Shown here: piece after piece, positions 38,500 through 51,760 of the stretch | How positions within the stretch are numbered: the stretch's first letter is position 1 | Layout: each line of letters opens with the position of its first letter | NCBI RefSeq assembly: GCF_021028975.2 | Contig: NC_059432.1 | Coordinates: 91,140,001-91,204,000 of the forward strand | Direction of reading: 5' to 3' | Length of the DNA stretch: 64,000 nucleotides | Origin: Sphaerodactylus townsendi | Taxonomy: Eukaryota | Made by a program: the position numbers and the translations under genes | The notes under the pieces: model-generated | Database searches by the model: none | Told to the model about the DNA's origin: nothing | What the model saw: only the letters and a program-made list of their open reading frames with translations

Positions 38500-38650
38500 A
38501 GGGGAAAAACTGGGCATTCATTTTACTGACCTCAGAAGGATGGTAGGTTAAGTCAACCTTGCGCTGGCCACCTAAAACCAACTTCTGTTGGAATAGAGCT
38601 CAGGTCATGAGCAGAATTTTCACTGCCGCTTAGCACGCTGTGCCACTAGG
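38500..38650 (-). mobile_element. Sauria SINE (Squam1) 5' portion
   Basis: cattttactgacctcagaaggatggtaggttaagtcaacctt is the reverse complement of the Sauria SINE conserved block; tRNA-like head ends at gctgtgccactagg. Confidence 0.75.
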
Positions 38651-41226
38651 AACCTTCATTGAAACCAAAATTCTCTACTGTTGAATATAACAAAAAAAAG
38701 GAAGAAAGAGTAGGCTTAATAACACTCAATAAAGGAGAACAAATGGGGATAATATGGAAACAATAATCCAAATTCCCCATTCTATTTTAACTCATTCCTG
38801 ATGCTTGATGACTGCTGCCTCCCCTCCCTCTGATGTTCTCAGCAGTGGCATCTGGAAGGAAGAATGAACCCATGTTTTATTCTATGATTCACACTCCTCT
38901 TTGGCCAGAGGTGTAGCAATATATCTTTAAAATCTTTGAATACTAATATCTGTTTGCATTATTCCCTAGGTATTTAATGCACACCTATAAACAATTGCAT
39001 TCTGTTACGATCCTTCTTGCAATTTTAACATACGCCATAATGCATGGTGGGGGATCGACAGCAATTCTGATTCCTAAATAGAATACATAGAAAAATGATT
39101 CTCATATATGATAATGTTGCCTAAATTTGCCATGTGCAATTGCTTAGTAATATATAGAGGAATATTATTATTCCAGTGTACTGTATTCTATACAGCACAA
39201 AGTTTCTGTCCCGGTTTTAAATTTATGTCCCTGATCTCTAGGACAGAATGCATATTTATATAACCCTGTTCTTCAAGAAAGCATGCAAGTACATCTTATC
39301 TTTCTCTATCCCTGGGAGAATTTACTTTGCATTTTCTTTTCTATTTTTAATAGAGGAAACAAGGAATAAGCATCGCACTGGGAGGATATATTCACATAAG
39401 GTTTTCTGCACAATATGCTGATGTATCTTGTTATTCTTTTCTTAACTAGATGCCATTGGAATGAGGCATTACAAAGAATCCAGCTAGGGAAGAGTTTTCC
39501 AGTTCGCAGATATTCAATGAAGACAAATCCAGTTTAACCCAATTGTAGTAGGAGGTATGCTTGGAAGATGTAGAGTGGAGTTTGGATTTTGATTTATTCG
39601 AAGACCATATGCAGACATGTGTCTTCATGAAAACAAAATTAAGTTGTGGCTGGCAGAAGTCCAACTTAAGTGGTCACACATTTGGGCTGAAATTTAGCTG
39701 AGTTCCATTTGTTTATCAGGAGTCACAGAGATGGATGAGTTCTGGAGCCTTGCTAACAGGCATCCCCAGAGGTAGCAAGTCAACGCACCAACGAGGAACC
39801 ACTCTGCCACCTTCTAGAAGACTTTCTGGTGGCACAGGGAGCAGGGAAAAGCATTGAAACTCTGCTGCTGCCGGAAAGTCCCATAGGACATACAGGACTT
39901 ATGCCACCAAAAGGATGGCATAAGTCTGAGGGCTAGGGTGCTACAACTTTGGGTGGGAGATAACTGATGTTGGTTCCACCCATGGGAATGCCTCAGCCCA
40001 CCCCCACCTACACCATTGTCTGAGCAGGACACTAGTGTAGAACTGCCAGATTGTCTGCCTCCTCTGCTGGGGTAAGTGCCCCGAGGAGAGCAAATGCACC
40101 AGTGCAAGGCTGTGCTGTTCTCTTAAGTCCTTTTGGCTTCTCCTTTGGATGGGGCCATTAGTGGTTTGAGGCTGAGCCTTGGTAAATAAGAAAGAGCAGG
40201 AGGAGAGGGCAATACAATGAGTGATTCTCTATGGATTTCTTAGTCTGTATGGTCTTGAATGTAGAGAGTGGGGAAAATCCTGCAGTGACATCCTTTCCAA
40301 GTCATCACCCATGGAAGGGATGTCACTGAGTTGGTCCCCACTTCCCCTTCCCATGTGTTTCTTCCCTAAAACATTTGAAGATTCAACCAACACGGTCTTG
40401 TTTTTGAAATGGAACAACTGAATCAGCAATGCTCCATAATTATTACTGTTTATTTCCGTACAGCTTCCATCAGTTAATTAGTATGTGCGACGTACACATT
40501 TGTATCAAAACCTGTCTTTTTATGGTAGACAGGAAGATCAACAAAAATGCACAAAAGGAGTCCCAGTTATTGTCAGATCACAACTGTTTGCAGCATGCAT
40601 CTGTGCATCATTAACATACAATGCAATCCTCAACAGTAATTTATAGTGAGCCCTTCTAAGGTCATTGATGTCAATAGACTTAGAAGGGTATAGGACCTTT
40701 CTGCTACAGAAAAAGAAAACATACAAATGAACTGACATTCCAGGCCAATTGCACGTGCACTAATTCTGACATTCGTTTTAGAAATTATCCCAGTTAAACC
40801 AAAATTGAGGAGGAATGAGAAGCAGCCCCTAATGAACTTTTGGCACTAGGAAAGCAGCTCCTAATGAACCTTTGGCTCAAGGAATGCACAGAACAAGGGA
40901 AATTATTTCAGCTGGTGAAAAGAAAACTCATCCACATTGCCCCTGGCTATTGGCACATAGGAAGTTTCCGTACTGGGCTGCTATCAACCCCAGAATCTGG
41001 CTTCTGGCTTCACCTTGTGAATAGCACTAAACTGACTAAATGCAATTCTTCCATTTCTAGTTTGACAAATTTCTAGATGGCCCTAGCACCATAGTGACAT
41101 TTACAGACCTAGGCCTGGAGGGCATTCTCTTCCCACCTAGAGTACTACTGCCCTCAGCCTGGATTTGACTGTGGGGCAAGCACAGGTAATGCTTTCCATG
41201 AAGTCTATTTTGGGCTGTTAATTCTT

Positions 41227-41768
41227 GGCCGTTTCCGCACGGGCAGAAAATGACGGCCTGGAGACGGTAAAAACACCGTCTCCAGGCCGCCATTCGCACG
41301 AGGGGCGCAGCTGCAGCGCAGCCGCGCCGCCCTTGCGCCGCCCGCCCGGCCTGGAGCCGGCATTTCCCCAGAGCGCTTCCTAGCGCTCTTTTTGGGGAAA
41401 CGCTGCAGTGAAGCCGCTGCCGCAGCTTAACGCAGCGGCTTCACTCTCCCCGACTCCCCACTCCGGGCACTCACTTCCATGCATCCCTGGGCCTCCGGCG
41501 CCATGTCGCGGAGGAACCTGGGGACATGCCCTGGCGCTCAGCTCAAGCAGGCGGCTGCCAAGAGGCCAGGGGGGCATGTCCCCAGGCCTCCAGCTGACAG
41601 GACGCTGGAGGCCCATAGGTTAACAAGCCTGGTCGCGGCGAGCGCAAGGCTCAGCGGCGCCGGCTGCCACGCCCTCGACCGTCCCAGCAGTGCGGACGGT
41701 CCCAGCTGTCTTCGGGTCGGCGCGAGAAGCGCCGATCCAACCGTTTCCGCTGCCATGAGGAAACGGCC
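41227..41768. mobile_element. Young GC/CpG-rich Harbinger-type element (542 bp)
   Basis: TIR GGCCGTTTCC / GGAAACGGCC; TSD CTT/CTT; internal hairpins (ggcctggagacggt...accgtctccaggcc; ggggacatgccc...gggcatgtcccc). Confidence 0.9.
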
Positions 41769-41794
41769 CTTGTTAGAAGACTTTCCGTCTAGGG

Positions 41795-41931
41795 CAGTGG
41801 TGGCGAACCTTTGGCACTCCAGATGTTAAGGACTACAATTCCCATCAGCCCCTGCCAGCATGGCCAATTGGCAGGGGCTGATGGGAATTGTAGTCCTTAA
41901 CATCTGGAGTGCCAAAGGTTTGCCACCATGG
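41795..41931. mobile_element. Palindromic hAT MITE (family of 10007)
   Basis: CAGTGGTGGCGAACCTTTGGCAC left end; TSD gtctaggg/ctctaggg. Confidence 0.9.
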
Positions 41932-43467
41932 CTCTAGGGTTTCCAGCTCTGGGTTGAGACCAACATTTCCAGTAAGCTGCACGGCAGCATAGACACCGTA
42001 TTGGTGCCATGCAGATTGGGCGGCTGCCGACAGGGGAAGCTCTCACAGAGTTCTTGCAGGTGGCTCTGTGCCACTCAGTGGTAGGGAACTTCCATGCAGT
42101 TCCCTATTGGTTGAGACATTCCTGGACATTTTGTGGGTGGAGTTTGGGAAGGGGATGGGTTTCAAGGGGATAAAATGCCATACAGCCCACCTTCCAACAC
42201 AGCCATTTTCTCTAGGTGAATTGATCTCTGTTGCTTTGAGATCAGCTGTAATCCCAGGAGATCACCAGCCACCACCTGGAGGCTGGTAATCTTTTCTTTT
42301 CTTCAGAAGAGGATGTCTGCGTAGTTTTCAAATGTCATGGGCTACTTTAACTGCTCAGTGTGACATATCACAAGTAAATGTTTCAACTCTGTGTCCTGCT
42401 TCCTTCCTCAATTAGTCAAGCAATTTCAAAGGTTTCCTCATGGGGGGGGATTTCTCTGTAGTCTGCTCTTTTGCAAATTAATAGGAAATACCTGTTGTAC
42501 AAAAATGAATTCAGGCTTCATACAAGCAGGTAATATTGACAGAGGAATATGGTAATACCGTAGAATATGTCATTTTTTTCTGGATTGGTTCATCTTGATA
42601 GTCAACCGATTGCTTTACACTTCCTCTGTCACAACGAAAGGGTGGATTTGTGTGTAGGCTTGAAAGAGCTCGCAATCAAAGCACTATTATTCAGAGTGCA
42701 ATGCAACTCAAAAGGAGAAATATTGATATCAGTTACACTTTAAGGCAACAGAGCTTTCTTACCCACCTCAAGAACAAAGTTTTTACGACCTGTATATCTA
42801 GGATAGTGGTTGCGTGGGACAGACCTGTGCCCTGTTAGAAGAAGGCTTTAATTAGGCTGAAACTATCTTGATACCTACCTAGGATAGTTGGCAATGAGGG
42901 TGAAATTGATGGGAGATGAACAGTTAACAGCAGGTGATACACTGGAGAAAGAAATAAAAGAGATATAGCGGAAGTAAAAGATATTGCTCCCATATATTAT
43001 ATTTGACATTTACTGTTTCATCCTTAAAAAAACAGCACATATTCTTCTCATCATGTGTCGCCACCATCTTTCTCCATTGTTTCAAATTTACTGAAGGAGG
43101 CTTTCAACCTAATAAAACACTCCTTTGTTTTCTGATCCTTATAGGGCCTATTTTTAAGTTCTGTTTCTTCTTTTTCTGTTCCAGTATGATTCCTTAGCTC
43201 AAAAAACCCAGAAATTTTAAACTACTATAAATGAAGATGCTGTGGATTTTCCAAGATATTTAAAATTCAGTCATGGTTTCTGTAAGCCATAGACAGTAGG
43301 ATATTTTTCAGGGAGAGATAGTATACTCTTCTCTGGGGGTTTTATGGACAGGCTGTATGAAATGATGATATGGTGAATGGGGCACCTGCCATATCCCATC
43401 AGTTACTTAAATCAGCTGTTTCAGACAGAAATTCGATACCACAGTGTATGTTTCAAATAGTCTTGCA

Positions 43468-44134
43468 GGTATGAGATCTGAGAAGAACTTCCAAGAATTG
43501 TTTCAGTTTCTTTTCAGTGAGCAGATTTTTAAATATGTTTGTACTGATAGACTGAAGATGAAGTGGAAATCTGGATTCAAATTTCCACTTATCCATGAAA
43601 TAAACAGGATAGCTCTGTGGAGACGCTGTATTTCAGCCATAACCAACTTTCAGGGTTATGGGGTGGAGCAGGGGGGGAGATACTTCCATGAGCTTTGTTG
43701 AAGAAAGACAGAATATGAACATCACAAATAATATTTATTTACTTATTTAATTTAAATATTTAATTCTGCCTATCCAGAGATTTGCTCAAGGTGGTTCCCA
43801 GGTATGAGATCTGAGAAGAACTTCCAAGAATTGTTTCAGTTTCTTTTCAGTGAGCAGATTTTTAAATATGTTTGTACTGATAGACTGAAGATGAAGTGGA
43901 AATCTGGATTCAAATTTCCACTTATCCATGAAATAAACAGGATAGCTCTGTGGAGACGCTGTATTTCAACCATAACCAACTTTCAGGGTTATGGGGTGGA
44001 GCAGGGGGGGGAGATACTTCCATGAGCTTTGTTGAAGAAAGACAGAATACGAACATCACAAATAATATTTATTTACTTATTTAATTTAAATATTTAATGC
44101 TGCCTATCCAGAGATTTGCTCAAGGTGGTTCCCA
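43468..44134 (+). repeat. Head-to-tail tandem duplication, 2 x ~333 bp
   Basis: 43468-43800 vs 43801-44134 differ at about 4 positions; duplicated ORF translations in the ORF track confirm it. Confidence 0.97.
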
Positions 44135-44257
44135 AATCAATGCAACAAATGATTAATCAACCATAAAATTATTAATATTTAAAGACACCAAGAGCCTATC
44201 AGGGCATAAAAAGAACAATAAGCAATCTGAAGTATCGTCTATAAGAACCCTCAAGGG

Positions 44258-44449
44258 CAGTGGTGGGATCCAAAAATTTTAATAACAGGTTCCAATGGTG
44301 GTGGGATTCAAACAGTAGCGCCGCCACACACACACACACCCAGTCCCTGTTGGGCAGGGAGGTTGCTTTAGTAAGCCCTTCTCGACACTCAGAAAAAATT
44401 AGTAACCACTTCTAGAGAACTGGTGAGAACTGGTTGGATCCCACCTCTG
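44258..44449. mobile_element. hAT MITE (192 bp), CAGTGGTGGGATCC family
   Basis: TIR CAGTGGTGGGATCCAA / TTGGATCCCACCTCTG; perfect 8-bp TSD CTCAAGGG. Confidence 0.92.
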
Positions 44450-44454
44450 CTCAA

Positions 44455-44668
44455 GGGGCAGTCTGGTGTTGTAGATAGAGCTTCAGACTAGGTTCTGTGA
44501 GACCCAGGTTCGAATTCTCATCGTGCCCTGGACCAGTCATGCCATCTCGGCCTAAACCACCTCACAGAGTTCTTGTGAAGATAAAATGGAGAAGAAGAAA
44601 ATGTTGCAAGCCACTTTGGATTCCCGTTAGGGAGAAAAGTGGGGTATAAATGACACAGATAAAATAAA
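44455..44668 (+). mobile_element. tRNA-derived SINE (Squam3-related)
   Basis: tggtgttgtagatagag...gacccaggttcgaattc head; L2-like tail gaaaagtggggtataaat. Confidence 0.7.
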
Positions 44669-46109
44669 TTACGCATTATGCGTACTAAAAACAAGCCACG
44701 GATGTTAAAACCGGGTAGTCGGGGCAGGGGGGCTGGAATCCAACACCGAGCAGCTTAAAGTGAGAGTTATAAAACAGATTTCAAGCTTCAGGCTAGAAGT
44801 AGGCTGTGGCGGAACAGGACAGCCCAACTTTCTTTCCAGTTCTGAGGTCTTGCCTCTGTGTCTTCTGCTTCCCCACTCCTGGGCACCCTGGGGTAGCTCG
44901 GTGTGCCTCTGGAGGAATAGCTGCTTGCCAACGGCTAGCCTTCCCCCTTTCCTGGCATCACCTCTTTAAAATAGCATGTTCAAGACAATTTGGGGGGGGG
45001 GGGGTCTACTGGTACAGAGAACTGCTAGCAGCATCCAGCATTAAAAAGTATTTATTAAAAAGAAAATGTTTACAAGCCTATTTTTAGCACAGCATCAGAT
45101 TGAGCAAGGAATTCAAAATAAATGAAACATAGTTCCTCTGGCCCACTTTACATGGTAAAGGTACATAATCGATGGAAATAACGTGCTGAAAACAACAATG
45201 GTCGATAATTGGACTGATGTCTGCTTATGTGGACAGACTCTGTTCATACCAGCTAGAAATAACTGCATTTGGTTTGTTGTGTTACTGTCATATAGTATCC
45301 CTGTTTTATACATCATTTCAGTTCACCATAGGCCTTATATATGTAGTTTTATTGTCATTTAAAAACATTTTAATAACTAATTTGAAAACACCTCTGTTTC
45401 TAATTCAGAGTACCTTAAAGGCTTCAGAGAATTTACACAGTTCCTGAACTAGCCTGTCAGACACAAATGGCACCCCCCTTAAAAAAACCTGAATCTTACT
45501 GTGATTTGGCTTGGCTCTTGCTCAATAATTCTTGCATTTGGTTGCTGACTCAGTATGAAATAAAATCCTTCGATTCCCTTCAGACTAGGAATCCATACAT
45601 ATGATGTCCAATTAGGTAGTTAAAGCTCATTTGTTCTTAATTAACGGAAGGCAGAAGCAAAAATGGACTAATTTAGGCGATAACGCTATAATTAAATCCT
45701 GTCAGCGCGATCATCGAGAACTAGGGAGGTTGTAAGGATCTGCATGGACATGGATGTCTAGTGGAACAAAAATCAGTAATTAGGAGAGATGCTGTGAACT
45801 TCACTGCAAATATGCTCAGTAGGCAAACATCCCATTTTTGACAGTGGCAATCACTTGTGACTCTTGGATTGCCTTTCCTCTCCACTGTCCAGCTGGAAAT
45901 ACTGCTGAATAACTTTTTTGACTGCAAAGTTGCTGTGATGGTAGAGTTTCATCTCCTTCTGCCTGGCTGCCATTTTTCTCTGGCTGTGTCAGGTAATTAA
46001 ATGATGCAGACTGTGGGGGATGTGTGGCTATGATTCCCAGAAGACTGTTCCAAAATATGTACACTCAAAATAACATCAGTTACATAGACTTAGACAAATT
46101 TGGTGTCTA

Positions 46110-46417
46110 AGAGCCAGTGTGGTGTAGTGGTTAAGAGCAGGTGCACTCTAATCTGGAGAACTGGGTTTGATTCCCTGCTCTGCCACTTGAGCTGTGGAAG
46201 CTTATCTGGTGAACTAGATTAGCTTGTGCACTCCAACACATGCCAGCTGGGCTAGTCTTGTCTTGGGCTAGTCTTGGGCTAGTCAAGTTCTTCAGAGCTC
46301 TCTCAGCCCCGCTTACCTCACAGGGTGTTTGTTGTGAGGAGGGAAGGGAAAGGAGTATGTAAGCCCCTTTGAGTCTCTTACACGAGAGAAAGGAGGCATA
46401 TACATCCAACTCTTCTT
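46110..46417 (+). mobile_element. Near full-length Squam3-type SINE
   Basis: gagccagtgtggtgtagtggttaagagc (A box) ... gggtttgattccc (B box) ... tail atccaactcttcttc. Confidence 0.9.
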
Positions 46418-48949
46418 CAAACAGTAAAGCCTTTTAAAAGTGTTATTTACAATCACTAGCTGATTAATTTGTTCACTGTTCACAGCAATTGGCTTCAGAG
46501 TGGCACTCAGCAATACATTTGGAGAGAAATTAGGCTTACTCTCTGGACTGTGTGAGAATGTATATAAAATAGTGTTGAGCTCACTGTAGGCTAATTCTAC
46601 ATTGTTTGAATATCTGTTGGTATAATATAGACATTCGGCATTATCATTTTGGTTTCCTGAAAGTATACTCATGCTGAAAGAATACACAACTCCAATGATT
46701 ATAATTTTTTTTGCTCTCCAACCCCTGGTGGGGTTTTCAAAGCAAGAGATATGCTGAAATAGTACTCTACTTCTACAGGAGAATGCTATCATGAAAATAT
46801 TTGTATACGAAATACCTTTTTTTTTTTGCTTTCCTCATTGAATGTGATGTGTTAATACAGAGGTAAAGTATTGCTGCCAAAGCAGGCCTCATGTCTTTCC
46901 AGTGGCTTTTCCATTATTTATCACACTCATTAAGAAGTTCAATATTTGTTCACGATTCTGCAGCTGAAAAAGTGACTAGCTGTAATAGAGCCAAGTTTAA
47001 ATTCCCTAAATTGGAGAGAACAAAGCATCTGAAAATCTGTGACTGAAATCTTTGAAATTCAAAACATGCTTGGCTGGACTCTGAAAGAGTGACCTTTTAT
47101 CTAAATGAAATAATGTAGCATCTTATATCAAGCACATTTACAGTGCCATCCTGAGCAAATGTTGAGCTCCATTTAGGATATTATTGGAGCCTTCTACTTG
47201 GTCACATGCTCTGTAGTCAACTAACACAGCTCTTCAACTCTGTTCAAGTTAGCTGTGATTATTAATTCCCATAATAAACTCCTTTCAGAACAACATAGTC
47301 ACAATTATCTGAAATCGTATTGTTTACAGTGGGACACTGTCACTTTAGCTGGAATGGGCCCAGTTGTTTTTGTCCATGGAAAAATCTAAATTTAAAGGAT
47401 AAAATTAGTGGGCCCAAGCAAGAATACAGATTTCATGTTAACAATGGTAAAACAAAGCGGTTATGCAGGAAGGTACTACTTTTGCTTTCCCCAAAGGTTG
47501 TTACGGAGTTGTTATAAAGTCCCTAAATTGATGTAGAAATAGCTAACTCTTTACTTACTGGAAAGAATGGCACAGTGACCTGTAACACTGAAAGTTTTAT
47601 TCCTTCCGAGACTGGTAGAATGTTAATTTATAAAGCCCCTTAGTTGACTTTATAGCAACCCTTTCATTTTAACGCAGTCCCTCCCAGTATTTTTAGCTAA
47701 GCGCCATGGACCACTTAAATGGCTGCTCCTGCATTTTTAAAATCCCTGACCGTGATTAAGAGATACTTGAAATATCATCGTCACTTTTTAATTTTAGTAA
47801 ACCTTGCATTGATGAGAGATTTTGTTAAAGGTGATTTCATTAATAAACGGCCTTTGGTTTAACCAATTAAGTAATTAACACATAAGCTCTGTTGCAGTAT
47901 CTCACTGTGGGATGAAGTTCTGGAGTATATTTCATAAAGGTTAACTGTTCTCCAGTGGCAATGGCCAATTCAAGAAGATTTAGTCCTACAGTATTGCTGG
48001 TGCATCATTCAGATTTAAAGAAAAATGCAGATATTTCTTTTTGTAACTGGTATTTCCAGTACATTGCAGCCATTCTTTCTAAAAGGAGACTTTGGGGGAG
48101 ATAGTCTTAAAATGACAACCTCCCAGAGTGATCGGCATAAGCCGATCATGGGTAATCTCCTAAAGAGGATTGCTGTGATTGTGTTGGGCTTACGCACATA
48201 ACAGTATAAAGCTTTGCTTTTTAACGCTGCCCACCTATTGATTTGCCTTTTTCCCCCCTTTGCTGCTCTTGTGTGAGCTCGTTTGAGTTTGGGTGACGGA
48301 TTTGTTTCATAGGGTGGAATTGAAAACTGAAAGTATTCTCCTGGTAGTGTCCTCTTTGTACCAATGCAAAGTTGTCTTACCTCCTGGTCATGTAGCTTCT
48401 ACTTAAATTGAAGCTCAAAGAGCAATATCAAACAAAAAGTCTTTTTTCAATTAATAAATTAATGGCAAATCTTTGGACACTCTGATGTCACCTTTAATAC
48501 TTATATTAAAGAGAATAACAATAGGCAAAATGCAAGTACTTCAAGTATCTTTCCCCTCTTTTTATACATAAGACTGAAATGACGTGTTAGGCTTGCCATA
48601 GAGTTTTAACTTGGAGTTTCTGGTGATTCCTAGATCTACCCTTGTCACTTCCAGGTGCAACTGATGTACCTAACCCCCCCTCCAAATCTCTACCCTATCA
48701 GGTATACAGAACAGTACCTACAAGGTATAAAGAACAATAATTCAAGCCTATTGTGCCCAAGCAAACCAGGGGTCTCACAGTCTCTTCTTAGCTGAATTAA
48801 CCCAGTCTCTTGGAGCTGAAAGAACCTGCAGCTCTTCTCTGCTGCGGTGGGTTATCTATCTTCTTTCTTTACAAGGATGTTCATTACCTTCTGAAAGCCC
48901 TCTGATAAATTTATGTTCAGAGCCTAACACTACCTAACTGCAATACTAC

Positions 48950-49077
48950 AGCTCCTTCCACACATGCAGAATAATGCACTTTCAATCCACTTTCAGTTCA
49001 TTTTGCAGCTGTGCAGAATAGCAAAATCCACTTGCAAACAATTGTGAAAATGGATTGAAAGTACATTATTCCAGCAT
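48950..49077. mobile_element. Family-A MITE with right end replaced by a SINE
   Basis: ccttccacacatgcagaataatgcactttcaatcc...gtacattattccagcat, running directly into a SINE head. Confidence 0.8.
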
Positions 49078-49248
49078 GGTGCCAGCGTGGTATAGTGGGT
49101 AAGAGCAGGTGCACTCTAATCTGGAGAACCAGGTTTGATTCCCCGCTCTGCCACTTGAACTGTGGAAGCTTATCTGGTGAACCAGATTAGCTTGTGCACT
49201 CCAACACATACCAGCTGGGTGACCTTGGGCTAGTCACAGTTCTTCAGC
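49078..49248 (+). mobile_element. Squam3-type SINE, 3'-truncated
   Basis: Highly similar to 46110-46290. Confidence 0.85.
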
Positions 49249-50049
49249 TAGCATAATTGCTTCCGCCATTTACAGAAAGAAATATTTCAGCCTCTTAAGT
49301 TAAAAAAAAAATCATATTCAAGCCTGTACAGATATGCAGATTTTCCCTAGATGTTTACAAACTAAATCTGCTTTTTTTAACACAAAAATGACCATTTACG
49401 TGCAAAATTAGAGCTGTTTAAGATCACTTATGCTGATTTTTCAAACAAATATATATCTTCATTAAATTTTACAGCTGTGGTATCAGCATGGTTAAATGAA
49501 TTCTTCCTGGAAATAAAGATGTTTTTAAGACTTTTCAAGATGTACTGCTATGTTTTAAGAGTGCTATTGATTTTTCATTACTTCACAGTTCATAGCCTTA
49601 TATTCTATACTAATATTTTATGGATCGTTAACAAGTAATCATCCAGACATCACTTATACCCACACAGGCTGACGTCAAATTAACCTGCATTAAAATGGTC
49701 TACTAACACCAGGTTAAAACATATTTGCCTGTGAGGCACCTTTGTCTCTGTCAATGAGATCGGTCAGGGTAAAAACCAAAGGAATATTTATCCCTGGTAC
49801 CATGGCAATGTAGATAGAAGGATTTACTGCTGGCAGCAGCGATATATTTCTGGAAAAGAAGGAAATGGTATAGATTTGTGAAGAGAAAAATGGTTGTAGG
49901 GGAGATATATATGTGAGAAACAGGACAGCCAGATCCTATCTGAGAAACTAAAATGCCACTGGCAAGCTCTGTCTCTTTGGATTGGGTGAATTGGCCTTAA
50001 ACTGGTGAGTTGTGACATGACTTACAGTAATCACGCCAAATGGCGTCAC

Positions 50050-50185
50050 TGTTTTCCAAATCATGTCACTGTTTTCCAAACCAACAAATCCCAGACTCTG
50101 TAGCCCTTCCTTGCAGGAAAAGCATTCCAGCTTCTTAATAATTCTCACTGCTCTTTTGGGCACCTTGTCTAAGCTCCATCATACC
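50050..50185 (-). mobile_element. CR1 ORF2 fragment
   Basis: Minus-strand translation PKRAVRIIKKLECFSCKEGLQSLGFVGLE resembles CR1 [29 protein letters not shown]. Confidence 0.7.
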
Positions 50186-50704
50186 CTCTTTCTTTTTTTG
50201 TTGAGCACCTGGGTCCTCCTTCTCTCCTTCCTTGGCTGGAGAAGGGTTCTTCTATCAATCCCTGATGTCCGGTTGAGACACTGGCTTATCCAGTCCTTCT
50301 CTTCTGATCAGATTGCTCCTTCTTCCTGTTCTTTTTCACTGGCTTCAACCCTTGGAAGAGGACTAGTCCCAACATCATGCTATAAAGTGACAGCTTAAAC
50401 ATCTCCTCTTCATACTTTTAAGTTCCACCTTTCACCTTCTGATCCTGTGAGGCAGTCCTGTTTCCCTGGCCCTCCTGACTAGGAGTAGTCCTGTCATACT
50501 CTCTCTTATGGACTGAAGCCTATAGCATTTGGTGCTTCTGGGTCATTGTTGCACTTTGGAGGTGTAGGTAATGTGGATTACACAGGTATGGCCAAAAGCC
50601 CTGCCCTTCCATCATGTGTAATGGTCCCAGATGCTTGATTTGGATCTAATTGCTAATTTGGATCTAATTGGTGTATGTATGAGGTTAGGAGTTTATGCCC
50701 TACC

Positions 50705-50915
50705 AGTAGTGGTAAAGAGCAGTGGGCTCTAATCAAGAGAACTCCTCCACACAAAGCCTGCTGGGTGACCTTGGGCCAGCGACTGTTCTCTCAGAACTCT
50801 CTCAGCCCCACCTACCTCTGTTGTGGAGAGAGGAAGGGAAGAAGTTTGTAAGCTGCTTTGAGACTCCTTGCGGTTGAGAAATGTGGGGTATAAATCCAAA
50901 CTCTTCTTCTTCTTT
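50705..50915 (+). mobile_element. Squam3-type SINE
   Basis: gtagtggtaaagagc...ctgggtgaccttgggcc...ataaatccaaactcttcttc. Confidence 0.85.
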
Positions 50916-51339
50916 CTTGCAATGAATGTTTGCTATTTTGTTGCCAAACCAACCAGTTGGAAGACATCCTTTCAGAACCAGTTTGGGACCGTATTTAGAC
51001 TTGGGTGATGGACTTTTGGGCTTGAATTCCCACTTCAATCATGCATCTCATTAGGACAGCCTTTCTTTCTCAGCACAATCTGAGAACTAATTTACAAATG
51101 CAGGAGAAGGAGAGGGAGATAAAGTGGTGGAATGCTAAGTAGAATAGAATGCATCACCATAGAAAAAGAACTAAGGAGGCTAATATTTGGAAAGATTTCT
51201 TCCAGTAGAAAGTTAGCACAAGCAGCAAAGGGAAGGAACAGATGTTTTCTTTCTGCTGTGTCAATTTTCTATGTGTATAGAATTTTTATTGTGAAGAAAC
51301 ATTCAGACCTGAAATCCAGTTTCCCACATGCAGCTATCT

Positions 51340-51516
51340 TATCCTGAAACAGACCACTGGTCCATCAAGGTCAATAATGACTATTCAAAATGGCAGCCTT
51401 GTCCGGGCCTTTCACATCACCTGTTGCTTGGTCTTTTTAACTGGAGATGTTGGGAATTGAACCTGGGGCCTTCTTGTGCAAACCAAAATCTCTTCCACTG
51501 AGCCACATCTCTTCCC
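51340..51516 (-). mobile_element. tRNA-headed SINE (distinct family; relatives near 29890 and 30520)
   Basis: gggaattgaacctggggcc...ccactgagccacatctcttccc gives B and A boxes on the minus strand. Confidence 0.6.
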
Positions 51517-51760
51517 ATCGGTAATGTGAAATAGTGCTGCCATTGTAGCATTCTACCAATGCTACCAAAGATTGGGGGGTTTTGGATTTGGATTCCTGCA
51601 TGGGGATGTCAAATTCCTTAACTGTGTGTGTGGATAACCTACTCCAAAGGGATTTCAGGGAGTGTCTGTGACCTGAAATATATTGTGTGTCAGTGTATGC
51701 TGAGAACAGACAATATACAAAAAGAGAAATGGAAGTTTATTTAGTGGTCAGAGCTAAAAT

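Noticed and set aside
41380-41829. GC-rich overlapping ORFs / apparent CpG island (also 6429-6809, 17335-17807, 20407-21166, 52900-53270)
   Set aside because: They lie within TIR/TSD-bounded non-autonomous elements, show no transposase or host-protein motifs, and are stop-poor because of GC content and palindromy.
43444-44025. Duplicated small ORFs (MRSEKNFQELF...)
   Set aside because: By-product of the 333-bp tandem duplication; no coding signature.
46110-46185. tRNA gene
   Set aside because: The A/B boxes belong to multi-copy SINE heads; no cloverleaf or terminator.
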